A stretch of 64,000 nt of DNA from Geosiphon pyriformis uo1 (GCA_016748015.1 JAAOMT010000752.1:380976-444975); one strand, 5' to 3'. Positions 26,171-40,344 are shown, counted from the stretch's first letter. Program-made: numbers and translations. Notes: generated by a model not told the origin, from the letters alone.

Positions 26171-28790
26171 AAAATATACAAATTAACTATGTAAAAGATT
26201 CAATAATAAAATAAAGCTTATTTATATTAATACTATTGTCTTAATTTTATTATATTATCAATATATTATAAAAATTTCAAGACCAAGCACTATTGTTCAA
26301 AACTGTTTCAGAAATATCTTATTTGGTTAATATTATAAATCTGTATATTTCTGCTAAAATCCATAAACATTTCAAGATATTTATATATAACTCAATTAAT
26401 AATATTATTAAAATTTCTAAAAAAACTTTTATTGACTTTATTATCTTAAATATACAAGATTTTAAAAAATCCCAATTTATCTTTAACTTTGTACAATTAT
26501 TTTTATTTTACAATATTACATTTTAAGTATAAAATATATCAAAAAAAATTATTTGTTTATTTTTAAAGAAATTAATAAACTTAATTTTGGAAATTTAAGT
26601 ACTTTTTAACAAATATAACTTGAAATTTTATTGTACTAATATGCTGATGTTTTTGTTAACAAAAACAAATTCAAATACATAAATATTATAAAACATAAAA
26701 TCAACATAAAAATACTAGACCAATTAAACAATAAGTCTATAAATTTATTCCAAATAGAGACAACTTAATTAAACAGAAAATACAGCAAATATTAAACAAT
26801 AATATAATAAAAAATTTATTAATTTTATGGTTTTTACTTATTATTCTAGTCATAAAAAAAATAAAAACATTTTTTTCTGTGTAAATTATTAAAAACTTAA
26901 TAGTATTATTCGAAAAAATAACTACTTAATTCTTTTTATTCAAGAAATTTTGGATAATTTAGAAAATAAACAATAATTTTTATTATTAAATTTAACCAAT
27001 AAATATTAACAAGTTAAAATAAATCTAATTAACAAGAAAAAACTGCTTTTATTATTTAAGATAGAAATTTTATATTTAATATAATACTTTTTAATCTCTA
27101 TAATATTCTAGCTATTTTTTAATAAATGCTTTTTTAGAAAAACTGAGTTAAAGTTTTTTAAATATATTATCAGAAAAAATAGAGTAAATTTTGATTTAAA
27201 CAAAGTCCAAAAATTATTAATTTTTTTGTCTTGACTAATTTTTATAAGCTTTAAAAATTTTTAAGACTTGTTAAATACTACCAATACTTTATTAAAAAAT
27301 TTACAAATATTGGTAAATTTTTCTATTATTTATTCTTAAAACATATATTATATATATAGAAAATAAAACAACAGAAAGTTTTTAAATATTTTAAATACTA
27401 ACTGATTGAAGTCTCAATTTATTTATATTCTTAATATTATTTACATATTAAATATTAAAGCAAAATACTATTAAATTTATACTATTTAAATTAGTATACA
27501 AAAAAAAAGTCATACTGCTTATTGAACTAAAAATATTTTTTTTCTTAATAAAAACAATTACTAAAAAAAACTTTAAAATTATTTTAAACCAAAAAACATA
27601 TTAGTTTATAAAAATACTAAAAAACAAACAAAAAACAGTAGTTAACAATATTAATAATTCAACAAAAAAAGACATAATAATTGGTTATCTAATTAATTAA
27701 TTGAATTTAAATTAAAAACAAAATATTGTTATATTATATTAAAGCAAAAAAACAATAAAGTAGAAAATTTGATCAAAAATAAGATAAACTATTTTATATA
27801 TATAAAGTATTAAAAAATAGAATATATTAATTATAATTAAAAAACAAAATTTTAAAAAGCCACATATAAAAATTATTTAAAATTTTATTATATAATACAA
27901 AAATAGTCATCAATTATATTTCAATTAGAAATGCAAATTCTATTAATTAAATTTAAAAATATCCTACAAGATCTGAAACCAATTATCATAATCAAACATA
28001 ATTTATAATTAAAAAAATTAAATCATACAAAAAAATATATAAATACTAAATAATTAAAAAAAAAGCAAAAAAAAACAACTTAAACATAAATTTTTTAGAT
28101 AATATCTTAAAACTGCTATAATAACTGTTTAAAACAATTCAACAATCTAAAATACCAATAGAAATTACAATTAATAAAAAAAGATATGATAGAAAAATAC
28201 AAACAAAAAAAAAAAAACAAAAATTTAACTAAAACTAAATGTTTTCAGTTTTACAAAAAATTAAAAGAAAAAAAAAATTACATATATCAAGACAATTGAG
28301 GAAATTAAAAAAGCTTTATACAACTTAACTATAAAACCAAACATAAAAAATAAATATTAAATATTTTTACAAAATAGAAAAAAAACTTTTACTAATATAC
28401 TAGTTTTTTAAAATTAAAAAAAAACTAGATCTATAAACATCATATATAAACAACAACAAATAACTATTCAACAAAAATACTTTTTAACAAATAAAAAAAT
28501 TATAAGAAAAACAATATATTAACTATATTTAGTATTTAAATACTGTTTAACCATATTATTAAACAGTATTTTAAGCATAATTACAATAAACAACATTGAA
28601 TAAATAACAAATTTTCAATTTTAAACATAATAAAAAACAATATTCAATATAATACTAAAATATTATATAAAAAAAACAATTTTTAAAAATACATATGATT
28701 TTACAGAAGCTCAATTCTAAAAAAATAATGTTATCCAAATAAAAAAAACAATTTAAATAATTAGAAAAAAAATATAATTAATATGTAAAA

Positions 28791-28860
28791 ACACAAAATA
28801 ATGTAAAATAACATAAAATAACACAAAATAACAAAAATAATACAAAATAACACAAAATAA
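28791..28860. repeat. 10-bp tandem repeat (acacaaaata) x7 in the 3' region of Gypsy C
   Basis: Directly visible. Confidence 0.85.
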
Positions 28861-30744
28861 TTAATATTAGCAAAAAATAATTAGTTATAACATAAAAAAA
28901 CAAAACAATAACTAAAATAACAAGTAATAATTAGCAACAGTAAACAATTAAAAACAATTTTATAGAACTAAAAAATATGTATAAAAAAGTAGTTTTAACA
29001 AATAGAAACAAAACAGACCAAACAAAAATCAAAGTAAAATTTATATTTTATTTTTAATATTAGATTTTTTTTTATTAAATTTATATTTTTAACTTATAGA
29101 ATAAAATACTATTATTATAATTTAATTAATTATTTGTTTACTTTTATTTCAGATCAAATGCAATTAGCATAAATATTTTTGGAACTTTAATAACTTAGAC
29201 TAATTATTCTTAATTATAATAATTAATAAATATCAACTTTTTTATTCTTTATTCTTTTTTTATTTTTTTATTTTTTTTTGTGAAACAACAACATTGAAAA
29301 TTGATTATCTGAAAATAGATTTTGTAATAGTTAAATAAAAAAAAAGTTCTACTTAAGTTTTAATATTAACTTTATCTTATTAGCTTACTAAGATAGTAAA
29401 AAAACATTACTAAACTTTAGTAACTATACTTAATTAATTTGGAGATAAATATAACTACAACAATCTAACTATAAAAACACTATTTTTGTAACTTATAACC
29501 AAAAAACTTAATGAATAGAACTTTAAATTAAAAAATTTTCAAAGACTAATAATTAATTTAATTAATAAAGCCAATTTATCTGCTTTTAACCAGCTCTTAT
29601 TATTTAATAATAAGAATTAAATATTATATTTATATTCTATTAAGTTTATTTATAATAGTGTTTAAAAGTCTATTTTAAAAGTAAAAATAAAAATATTCTA
29701 AAAAAGTTTATAAAAAAACCATAACTAAAATATTTAATCAAATTTTTAACAATGTAATATTTTTAAATAAATTGTTATTACTATTTATTTTTGAGTAAAA
29801 ACCAGTTTTAGTGTAAATTTTATAAGAAAAAATAATTAAATTTATATTTAAAACACAAAAACAAATTAAAATCAGATAATAAATTATTTAATTAAAGTAT
29901 AATCAAGATTTTTTAAAAAAATTATTGAAAAATATGGTATTCAAAAGTTTATTTTGAAAACAAAAATAAAGAAATTATAAAAAAGTTCATAAAAAAAACA
30001 TAATTAAAATATTTAATTAATTAAATACTATTATTGAAACCAAATTTTTAATAATATAATATTTTTTATTACTTAATTAATACTATAATAAAGACAAAAT
30101 TAAGTAATAAAAACTACCAACTTATTTGTTAAAATAAAACATAATGTAAAATATTAATAATATGTTTTTAAAAATTAGAATATATTAAAAAATTTAGAAA
30201 GCTAATAATAAATATATAATATATTTTGAATATTAATAAAAATTATTTAGAGTTTTAAAAAAAGAAAAAAAAACCATATAAAAATAATAATTAATTATTT
30301 ACTATAAAGCTATAAGAAAAAGTTGGTTTAATATAAAACTAATACTTTTTTTTAATTTATAAAAAACTTTATATATAGCTAAATTACATAAAATTTACAT
30401 ACTATTTTAAAACTATTTTAGATACATTAATTATTTATATATATTAAATTAATTAATTTAATTGTAAGCTTATTTAGCATATTATTTTTTTAGATGTTAG
30501 TATTTTAAATAATTAGATTTAAATAAGTAAATTTAAAACTATAATTATAATCAATATAATCAAATATAAATTAATTGATTATATTTCTTAATAATTATTT
30601 TTAAATAACAATTGCAAATCTGAAATATTAAACTGTATAAATAAGAACATATGAAAATTTTAAAACATAAAAAAATTTGTTGTTATTAAATTATATATAT
30701 TAATGTTTTTTTAATTTGTCAAAATATTTTTGAATTTAATTTAA

Positions 30745-33081
30745 TATGATTTGCCAATTTTAGTTGTCAAGAGTGAGGAGTCTCATAGATATCTTGGTAT
30801 TTTTTTGTCTTTTGAGAATCTGTCCAAGCCAAGCACAGTAAAAACTCACTCAGATATCAGATTTTTTGTCAATTTGGTTTTGAGAAAAGCAATTTCAAAG
30901 AAGCAATATTTTTATTTAGTTTTAATTGTGCTTTAACCAATAATTATTTACAGAATTCAGCTTAGTTTTATTTTTAAAAGTGTCTGTATTAAGTAAGATA
31001 CAATGGTTAAAAAGAGTCTAAAGATAAAAGCTGGCCTTCCTAAGGACTTTTTTAATAAAGCTTTTTATTATCCTTCATTGTATAACTTAAAATCTTTCAA
31101 ATAATTGCAGACTGAATGCAAACTGGTTTTTGTGTTGGGTTTCTCAAATGTTAATAAGATTCTTAGTAGTTTATTCAATTATAGGTCTTTGGACCTGCAG
31201 ATTTTGGATTGGTTTCCTGTTCATCTATTGTGTCACTCTGTAAGATTGTAAATCAGTTCAATTAGCAATTTTTTAGCTAGTATGATTTGGATTTTTTCAG
31301 ATTGTAATATGTTCCTGGGCAATATTAATTTGTCTGCATTTTGCTTTTCTGATAACACTCTAATGTTTTTTGTTTTGGGAGATTTGATGTTTTATAATGT
31401 CTTATATTTACTTAGAAGGTTTGGAATTGCTTTTATTGAACAGTTGTATACCAAAAAAAATTTGATTTTTAATTGGAAAAATTTTTGTTGGAAGAAACTT
31501 GACCTGAAAGATCCAATTTCTGGCTGGTTTGGCTTAGCATATAATTTTTTGAATTGGAATTTTGTTTCTACTGAATCACCTGCTGTTTTCTTTTGGTCTT
31601 TGTTCATATGTAATTCTGATAGTATTTCTGAGATAAATAGAGATTTTGTCATCTTTAGTCTGAAAGTATTTGATGTCTATACAGATAGGTCTCTAAAAAA
31701 CTTGGGCACACATGAAATGAGATGTGGAACTGCTGCTTATTTCTTTGATCTGAGTTTGGGTGTTGGCATTAAAGTTGAGAAACTGGTTTTATCTATGTTG
31801 ACAGAATTGCAGGCAATTATTCTAGTTCTGAAGTGTATTTTTTTTGGCAGCACAGTTATAGTGTATTTAGACAGTCAAGCTGCCTTAGATGCTTGTGTTT
31901 TTGAGTCTATTTTGGCTCTGTCTGATTATCATAATTAGTGTTAAATGGAATGACAAAGGGTTGTAATGTCTATTAAAGATAAAAGACTTAGCATTTCTTG
32001 GTATAAGATCAAAAGGCATTTTGGTTTCTTAAACAATAAGCATACTGACAAACTGGCTGGCTTGGCTGCTGATTCTAATTTGGTGTTTTCTGTTCTGATT
32101 GATAATAAATTTGTTAAGACTGGTAGAATAACTGTGTCTAATAATATTTGTTATCTTGCTTGGCATATTTATGGTGCTGTGTATTGTACATATTGAAAGA
32201 TCAAATCTAACTCTGGTGTTATTAACATAGATCTTGTTGGTAATATAGATTGGACTTGTATTTTTTCTGTTTGGCATCCCGATTCTTACATGGCAGCTGG
32301 ATTTACAAACAAGCCTATGGCCAGTCTGTGCTTATATTTTATAAAGACTGTGCACTACTGCCTACTAGTTGCTGTATAAAAACATTTGTATAATAAAGAG
32401 TATTTGAGTGTTGTGTGTCTTCATTGTGAAGAGGTAAAAAGTTTTGACTATTTTTTTGTGTGTCTGTTAGACTTTGCTATTTGTGGCAATTTGTTCACAT
32501 TTTGTTTAGATTGGTGACATGTTGTATCTGATTTAATTCTGTCAGAGTTTCAGGTTTTACAGACAATCTCTTTGTGTATCTCTAATAATCATTTGTATAC
32601 TATCTTATATAAAAGATTTTTGTTTAAAAATTGGTATTTGGAGATGATGTCAATTTTTGGTGATGTAAAGTCAGCTGGTAGAAATGTTATTGATTTTGTT
32701 TGTAGTATAAAAGTTGCTTATCATACTAACATATAGTTGATTAAAGCTAAATATAAAGCATTTATAGAAAAGAAAGATTTATTTACACATGATAGCTTAG
32801 TGCCTTCCATAGTTTGTGGTTTTTTATCTTTACTTTCTATTGGAGTTATTAGGTTGCTTGAATTAGCAAAAGCATTTGGTGTTTGCTTTGGATTCTGTAA
32901 ACTCTGTAATTTTTTTTCTGGTATTGATTGTGTAGTATTAGTTAAGATAAACTCATAGTGTTGCTCTGATTAGTCTGAATGACTGGTTATGTGTAGGAAA
33001 TACATGATTTGAGATTATTTAATTTAATGTATTGTGCTAAGTAGTATTTGGGTCTTGCTCATTAAATGAATAAAAAAAAAA
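30745..33081 (+). mobile_element. 5'-truncated LINE: end of RT, RNase H, Cys-rich C-terminus, 3' UTR, poly(A)
   Basis: HRYLGIF (RT end). RNase H VYTDRSL..ELQAI..DSQAALD..KIKRHFG..NKHTDKLA. CLHCEE..FFVC zinc motif (~32415). Stop at 32958, aataaa plus A10 at 33072-33081. Confidence 0.9.
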
Positions 33082-33099
33082 TTTAATTAAACAATTAAA

Positions 33100-35850
33100 T
33101 TATGCCATATTTTTTTGTTATAATATTAATTATTTTTTTTATTTTTTATTTACTAACTAATTTTGTTAATTAAACATAATAATATAGGTCTTTTTTATAT
33201 AATTTTAATAATAATTTTTATAATATATGTTGTAATTTTTATATTAAAAAAACCATAAAAATTTCTGATAATAATATTCATAAAATATAATTACTTCTTA
33301 ATATTAGTATCTAAAAAATTGTATTTTTATTTATTTTTATTAGTCTGTTTCTTTATTAAACTTAATTATATATTTAAAAAACTATTTAAACTTACTAAAA
33401 CAAAAATTATTTTATAATTAATGTTAAAAAAGTTATAAGTGTTTAAAATATTATAATTAATTAAAGCATTATTTAATGAAATTAATATAATATATAATCT
33501 ATAGTCTTTTTAATTCTTTAAAAATTATTTTAAATTGTTAATTTGGGCAAAAAAAATTTAAATAAAGTAATAATTAAACTATAATTTAAATATTTTTTGT
33601 AATTAATTAACTATTTAACTTTATTTTTATTAAAGTTATTATTTAAAATCATAAAAATACTCTTATTAATTGTTTTAGCAATAAGTAAATTAATTGTATT
33701 AGTCTAATTTACATATACTTTTAAAGAAATATTTGCATACAATTCTAAAACTAAAGCAAAAAATTTGTTTTTAAATATTAATTTAATTAATAAAAAACAT
33801 TTTAATATCTTAATAATCTTAAAAATATGTTAAATTAATTTAATACTTATATTATTAACAATATTAAAACTCATATAACCAAATTTTAAACTTAAAGTAA
33901 ATACAAATTTTTTTTTAAATTTGTGTTTTAATTATAGTTTAATCTTACTTTTTAATTTATTTTTGTAATAATTAAGATTAAATAATTTAAACTATAATAT
34001 TATTTAATAATATTTAATTGTTTTGCCAAATTTTTTATATTTTAAACATAGTATATAGTAATTTTCTAAATAAAACTTATTATTAAAAAACAAAAATAAA
34101 GAAAAAATCAGAACTAGTATATAATAAATTTAAGCTTCCTAAAACTAAATTAATAAAAACTTTTAAAATTATAAATTTAGTTTATAAACTATTGGTTTTA
34201 GAAGTAAAAATCTTAAAATTACTAATGTTTAAAAAAGAAAAATACTAATAAATAATAAAAATAACTTAAAAACCAACAATAAATAATATTAAAAAGATAA
34301 ATTTGTAAAATATATTTAAAATCTAATTAAACTGTAACTTTAATAATTATTTAAAAACATTTATTCAGATATTTAATATTGAATCTAAATAAACAGAAAA
34401 CTTAATAATAATAATAAAAATTCAGTTTAGTTTTTTTAGAGCAAAGTTTGAATTATTTAATTTTTAGAAGAAAACTATTTAAGTTCAAAATTAATTGCTA
34501 AAAGTCATTAAATAAACAATAAAATCTTTTTTTTTTACATACAAATAGACTTATTAGAAATAATTACTATTTAAAAAAACTTTTTAAAAACTTTTTTAAA
34601 AAATAATAAAATATTTTTAAAGAAATCATACTTTAATATAATATATTTAAACTGGTTATATTTTTTATAACAAATTATGTTTATTTTGACTTATAAAAAA
34701 TTTATATATTTAAATATTAGAATTATGTAAAACACTGATTTTAATTTACTTTTATATTTAAAGCATATAATAATATAATTTAATTTAATAGCAATATTAA
34801 ATAAATAATTAATAAAACATGTTTTTTTATTTATTTTATTTAATAAAATACTAAAATTATGGACAGTTGTATTTATATACAAAGAAAAAAAAAGTACTTT
34901 AAAACAATTTCTAAACATTTAAGTATTGTAATTTTTAATGGTTTTGGTTATATACATTAAATTTTTTTTAATTGAAAAAGATTATTTAAAAATTAAAAAA
35001 TCAGTTTGTCATAATTTAGCAAATTTTATTAAAGCTTTTTGTTATAATTTAATAAGCTGTAATTTAATTATTACTATTTGATTAAACTTAAACAAAACTG
35101 AGATAATTATTTTTTTTAATATGTTTATAAAAATTTTTTTAATAACTATAATTTAATTTAAACAAATCTCTTATTTTTTAATATAATTATTTATTTTAAT
35201 TCTTTTTTTAACAGCCAAAACCACAGTTCTATCTAAATTCTTTTTAATAGAAACATTAAATAAATAATTTTTTTAAATATTAAAAAAATAATAATTCTTT
35301 TAAATTTATTAAAAGATAAAATTTTTTCTTGATAACTTATATTTTTGTTATAATTAATTTGTTTTTAATTACTAAAAAATTAATGTTCAATACAAAAAAA
35401 TTTTGACAGAAACTTTTATAAATGTCTTTATTATTTTCAGATTATTTTATTTTTTTGTAAAAAAATATTGAAAAAAAAAGATATATTTTATTATTATTAT
35501 TAGTGTTATAAGTAAAAAAACTAAGAAAAAAATATTTATTACACTAATATTAATACGTTTGGTATTTAAAGTATTTAAAGCAGAACTTAAAAAACTTTTA
35601 TTTTTTTTATTATATCTGTAATTTTTTTCTGCTAAAAGAATACTATTATTTTTATTACTCAATTTTTTTTTATATTAAAAAATATATTAGTATTATCTAA
35701 AAGTCTAATCAGAAACAGTTTTTTTTTATTACTTAAATATTTAAATATTATCTATTAAAACTCTTTTTTTTAAGAGAAAATACTACTTGCCAGATTATAA
35801 AAAAAATTTTTGTTTATCTATTTTTTGAACATATTATTGTCAAAAATAGT
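33100..35850 (-). mobile_element. Very old LINE remnant: ORF1 and APE endonuclease (may continue in 29660-30740)
   Basis: ORF 34691-34918 (CFKVLFFSLYINTTVHNF..KKTCFIN) aligns with ORF1 at 37656-37886 (RFKTKLVNLSSGCTAFEI..GGRTCFI). Minus strand MILNNNFNK (~33650, =ILGGDFNE) and KTIDYI (~33500). Confidence 0.6.
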
Positions 35851-36130
35851 TATTAATTTTATTATAAAAATATTGTTTACTTGAAAAATTGTGAATATAA
35901 AATAAAAACAAAATAAAAAAATAGCAGAAAAAAAACTTTTTTATTAAAATAAGCTTTTTAAAAAATTTGAAATAAATAAAAGAAAGAAGTTTTTTAATTA
36001 TAATATATAAAAATTGTATTATATATAATAATTTTTTAAATTAAAATAAATATGTTTTTATAAAAAATATATAACAAAGTAAATCTAAAATAATAAATAA
36101 TAAAATTTATAATAATCAATTATATAATAT

Positions 36131-36280
36131 AAAATCTGTAATAAATTAGTAAAACTTGTAATAGATTAACAAAATTTGTAATAAATTAATAAAATTTACA
36201 ATAAATAAAATAAAACTTATAATAAAATAAAAACCTATAAATTTTATAATTATATTAAATAAAATCTGTAATAAATAAAT
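36131..36280. repeat. ~20-bp tandem repeat (aaaatctgtaataaattaat) x5-6
   Basis: Directly visible. Confidence 0.75.
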
Positions 36281-36503
36281 ATTTTTTAAACACAACAGTA
36301 TTTTTTAAAAGCAATTTAATTAAAAATATTATAAAATTAATTAAATTAAATAATATAACTTTGATTAAAAAATTCAAATAAATAATATTATTTTTATTAA
36401 AACAGATAAGCTTAAAAATAAAGATCTATATTTATTATATATATTATCTTTAAGAGCAGACTAAAAATAAAAAATAAAAATAATTTTTTGTCTTTTTAAT
36501 TTT

Positions 36504-38745
36504 ATGATCACAATTAGACCAAAGAATAAAAAAGCTGCACCTAATATCTTTTCTGAGATATCTAATAAAATTTCAACCAGAAAAGCTTTTTTTATTGTAA
36601 AAGCAACTAGACAAAACGTTTTAAAAGTCTTTATTTAATCTAATAATCATGAAAAGCTGTTTTTGATAACTACTAAAGCAACTTTTTCATCTTTGGCTGG
36701 TTTTTTATCAGTTAAAATTTTCTTAAAGAAACACACTTGGGTTAATCCCAGTGTTGTTTTTATTCCGATTAAGAGCCCAAAAGTTTTTAATAATAGACTT
36801 GTGAACAAGCTGGTTTTTCTTTCTTTAGCTTTAATACTTGATGCTGCTAGCACTATATTTTCAAAAAAAATGGTCAAAAAGACCAAAAGTTTAGAAAAGT
36901 AAAGGCAGTTGCTTGCCTTTGCTATTGATACATCAAATCCTTTTGTGGTTCCCAATGAGATCTTAGGTGAAATTTCTATAGTATTATCTAACATATTATC
37001 CAAGATGGACCAAGATCAACTACTAGCTGTATTGCCAAATATGGTGTCTTCTGGCAGATTATTACTGGTTTTAAAAGCAAAACAATTATTTTCTGTGATG
37101 TTACCTATTTTTGAGAACTGGGTTGACCAAATAGAAATAGAATCATTTTTTTCTCTGGTTTCTGATGCTGCTGCTAGTAGTACTTAAGAAATTATTACTA
37201 GTCATCCAAGATTTACTGAGTAAATAGTCTCTATTCTGGTACTTGGTATTACTTTCAAAATCAAATTAACTTATATTAAGGCTGTTTTTTAGTCTGTGTA
37301 TGGTTTTTTGAGTGCAAAATCAGTTGTAAAAGATGGTGTAAAGCTCTTTTGTATAAAGTTTGCTTTCCAAAACTCTTTGGATGTTGCATTTTTGGTCAAG
37401 CTTACAAGCTTTATTTATCTTGCTATTCTTAAAATTGCCAAGTTTTTGGTAATTTTTGAGTCTGGCTCTTTTTTTGCTGTTATTATACTGTATAATGTGC
37501 CTTTAGGTATGTTTATTGTTGACATTAAGACAGCTTTCAATGTTTTTGATATAATTACTTATGTTGTGCTGAAGTCTGTTGATATTTGGCAATATATGGT
37601 GGTTTATTTTGAGAAGTTAGACTTTGCTATGTCTGCTTTAAATCATTGATCAGTCTTGATAGACAAGAATAATATTAGAATCCTCTTCTTGATAAATCAA
37701 AATGAGACTATTCTGTTTTATAATAGATTTAAGACCAAGTTAGTTAATCTTTCTTCTGGCTGCACTGCTTTTGAAATTAGTAATTTGATTTCTCAAGTTG
37801 GTGGCCGAACATGTTTTATTTTTTACTCTCCTGATTCTAGTTGTTATATTCAGTTCTCAAGTAAATCTGAATGCTGTTGTATTTAAGACTAGTATACTGA
37901 GGAAATGTTGTATTTGGTAGAAAACTCCTAAAAATAAGTGCTGTTTTTAGTATTAAAATTTGAGTTATCTGGCTTTAAATTGTAAGGTGTCTTCACTTTT
38001 TTTTCCTAAAATTTTTAAAACTTTTATCTTTTGTATTGTTGATAGCAAGTCTTATGCCAATATTACTGCTCTTGTGCCTTTTGTGCTTTTTTGTTTTTCT
38101 GTTGGTTTGGTTTTATTTGTTGATATATTGGCTGATAATTTTGTAATTTCTTTTTGGTTGTCTTTTCTGGAGTCTAAGTTAACTAAACTTTCTGATTTGG
38201 TTAACTCTATTGTTAAGTTTGTTGGTTTTATGGTCAAATTATTTGAACAATTTGTTAATAAAAATTTAATTTCAAGTAGTGTTCTTGGTCTTAGAATCAA
38301 TGAAATTTTAGTGTATATAAGTATTTTTAGCATGACTGTTGATAAGCTGAAGCAAAAGATAATTGCTTTAAAAACTAAGTATAGCTATAAGAACATTAAT
38401 ATGTCTGGTCTTTATATAAGTTTGTTTTCTGTTGATGATAATATGTTTTTTAACTTAATGTTGCTTTGAAAACATAAATCTGCTGTTGTAAAGACTAATG
38501 ACTTTAAAACAGTTGAGTGGCTGATTAGTTTGGTTAGTAATAGTACTATATTGTTTAAAATTGTTTAAAAAATGTCTTTTTTGGATAAGTTTTCTTCTAA
38601 GACTTTAGCATAATGTATTTTTGATTGATCTGAGTGACTAGTCACGTGTAAAAAGTACATAATTAGTGCCTAGTTTAGATTACTTAGCTTGATGTATTGT
38701 ACTAGGTGGCTTTTGGGCTGTACTTGTTAAGCAATAAAAAAAAAA
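36504..38745 (+). mobile_element. ORF1-only LINE derivative with LINE-type 3' tail and poly(A)
   Basis: ATG at 36504, decayed ORF1 with RRM-like segments and a CCHC knuckle (CF*Y*NLSYLALNCK, ~37941), stop at 38613. The tail that follows resembles 32965-33081 and ends in aataaa plus A10. No ORF2. Confidence 0.8.
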
Positions 38746-40344
38746 TTTGTATAAATACTTATATGTTTAAGATTAATATTTATAATATTATTATTATTTG
38801 CAATTAATGAGTTTGTTTTTTCTAAACTTAATTTAAATACAAAAACTCGATTTTTTTAGGATTTATTTATTGTTAATAAGTTAATATTCAAAGCAAAAGA
38901 CTTTTTAAACATTAAAAACAATTTTTTTTAAGAAAAAAACAAATAGATATTTTCAGTTATATTAGTATTATCAAAATTAATCTGTTTTATTGGTTTATTA
39001 TTAATAAATAACTAATTTTGGTGTTTTTTAAAGTTAATTCATAAAATAATTAAGAATTTTTTACTTTTATTTAAAATAAAGTTTAATTTTTTAACCAATA
39101 ACTTTTTATCTTTATAATATTAGAGACAATATATTTATTATTATAAACATTATCTATTTTACTGTTTTAAAACACAAATTAATTCAAAAATACCACCAAG
39201 TTAGCTTTAACTAATAACATTTTATTAACAAAATTTTTTAAAAACAAGATTTTAGTATTGGATTTTTTTTATTTAATTCGCCAAATTCATATTTAATATT
39301 ATTTTTTTTTAAAATAAAATATATTTTTTTGCTACTTTTTTGTTTATATTACTAATAAAAACACTTATCAAATTTAATTTTATAAACAAAAATATATTAA
39401 AAAAATAGCTTGAAAAAGACATTAAATAAAAATAAATAAATATAAGATTATTTTTCAAAAATATTAATTAATAGCCAAAAAATAAAAAATTAACTTTGTA
39501 TTAATATTTTTTATATTTGTAATTTTATTTTTAATAATTAAAATATTTTTAAAAAAATTAATAAAAATCATTAATTTGTTAATATTCTAATTTTACTATT
39601 ATAAAAAATAGCAAGATAAAAAAAATTAATTATTATAAAAAAGTTTATATATTATATATTTAAAATTTACAAAACAATTTTTGTTTTAGATTATTATGCT
39701 TTAAATATTTTCAACCTGTTTATTATAAAAAATAAAGTTAATACAAATAATTAACTAATCTAAAAAAGTTTTTATTTTGTTAGAATAAAAACAAAAAACT
39801 TAATAATTTATTAAATTATAAAGATAAATAAGAAAAGAGGCAAAAATTTGCAAAATTAATCATATAAACTTTATATATAAATTGTGGTACAAAAATTGGA
39901 TTTAATTTTTTATTCAATAATAATTATTTATATAAAGTAAAATAAGTATTAGTATAAAAGAAATCAATTTTTTTAAGAGAATTTTCAAAAATCTTATTAT
40001 TTTACTTTTAAAAATAAAAAATACATTAATTTTTGAATATATAGTTAGAAAATATAATTTAAAATTTTTAAGTTTTGTCGCAATTTTAGGGTTTTTATAG
40101 TAAAATATATATATGAAAATTTTCTAATTGGTTTTATTTTAATTTTTAAAGTAAAAAATATCAAGTTTCTAAAAAATGCTTTTAAGTAACCTTAAATTTT
40201 TGTTTTATTTGAATAATTATTTATTGTAAGATAAAAAGTTAATTCAATTTTTCCTGTACCATATTGTATTTATTATAAAATAAATAATTCATATAAAACA
40301 ATATTTTATAATTAAATTAAATAACAAAAAATATTCATTTCTAG

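Larger units (their letters stand above)
2864..29657 (+). mobile_element. Degenerate Ty3/Gypsy element C, the outermost host: gag-PR-Cys-rich-dUTPase-RT-partial RNaseH-IN C-terminus-extra ORF-LTR
   Basis: 5' LTR remnant 2864-3010 matches 29510-29657. PBS at 3011. gag is split by element B (3571/21762). Zinc knuckle CYYYQKLNYIIKDY (~22805), protease IKLILYSK (~23470, =LILDSG), RT motifs 26700-27120 with the YXDD region deleted, integrase tail ~27500-27900. Confidence 0.8.

Noticed and set aside
1-40300. Alternative genetic code or organellar/endobacterial DNA to explain the stops and AT richness
   Set aside because: All three stop types occur alongside frameshifts and destroyed catalytic residues; nearby genes use the standard code with spliceosomal introns.
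38760-40320. Additional TE remnants here and at 59600-61400
   Set aside because: Probably decayed TE DNA, but no motif or terminus could be read with confidence.
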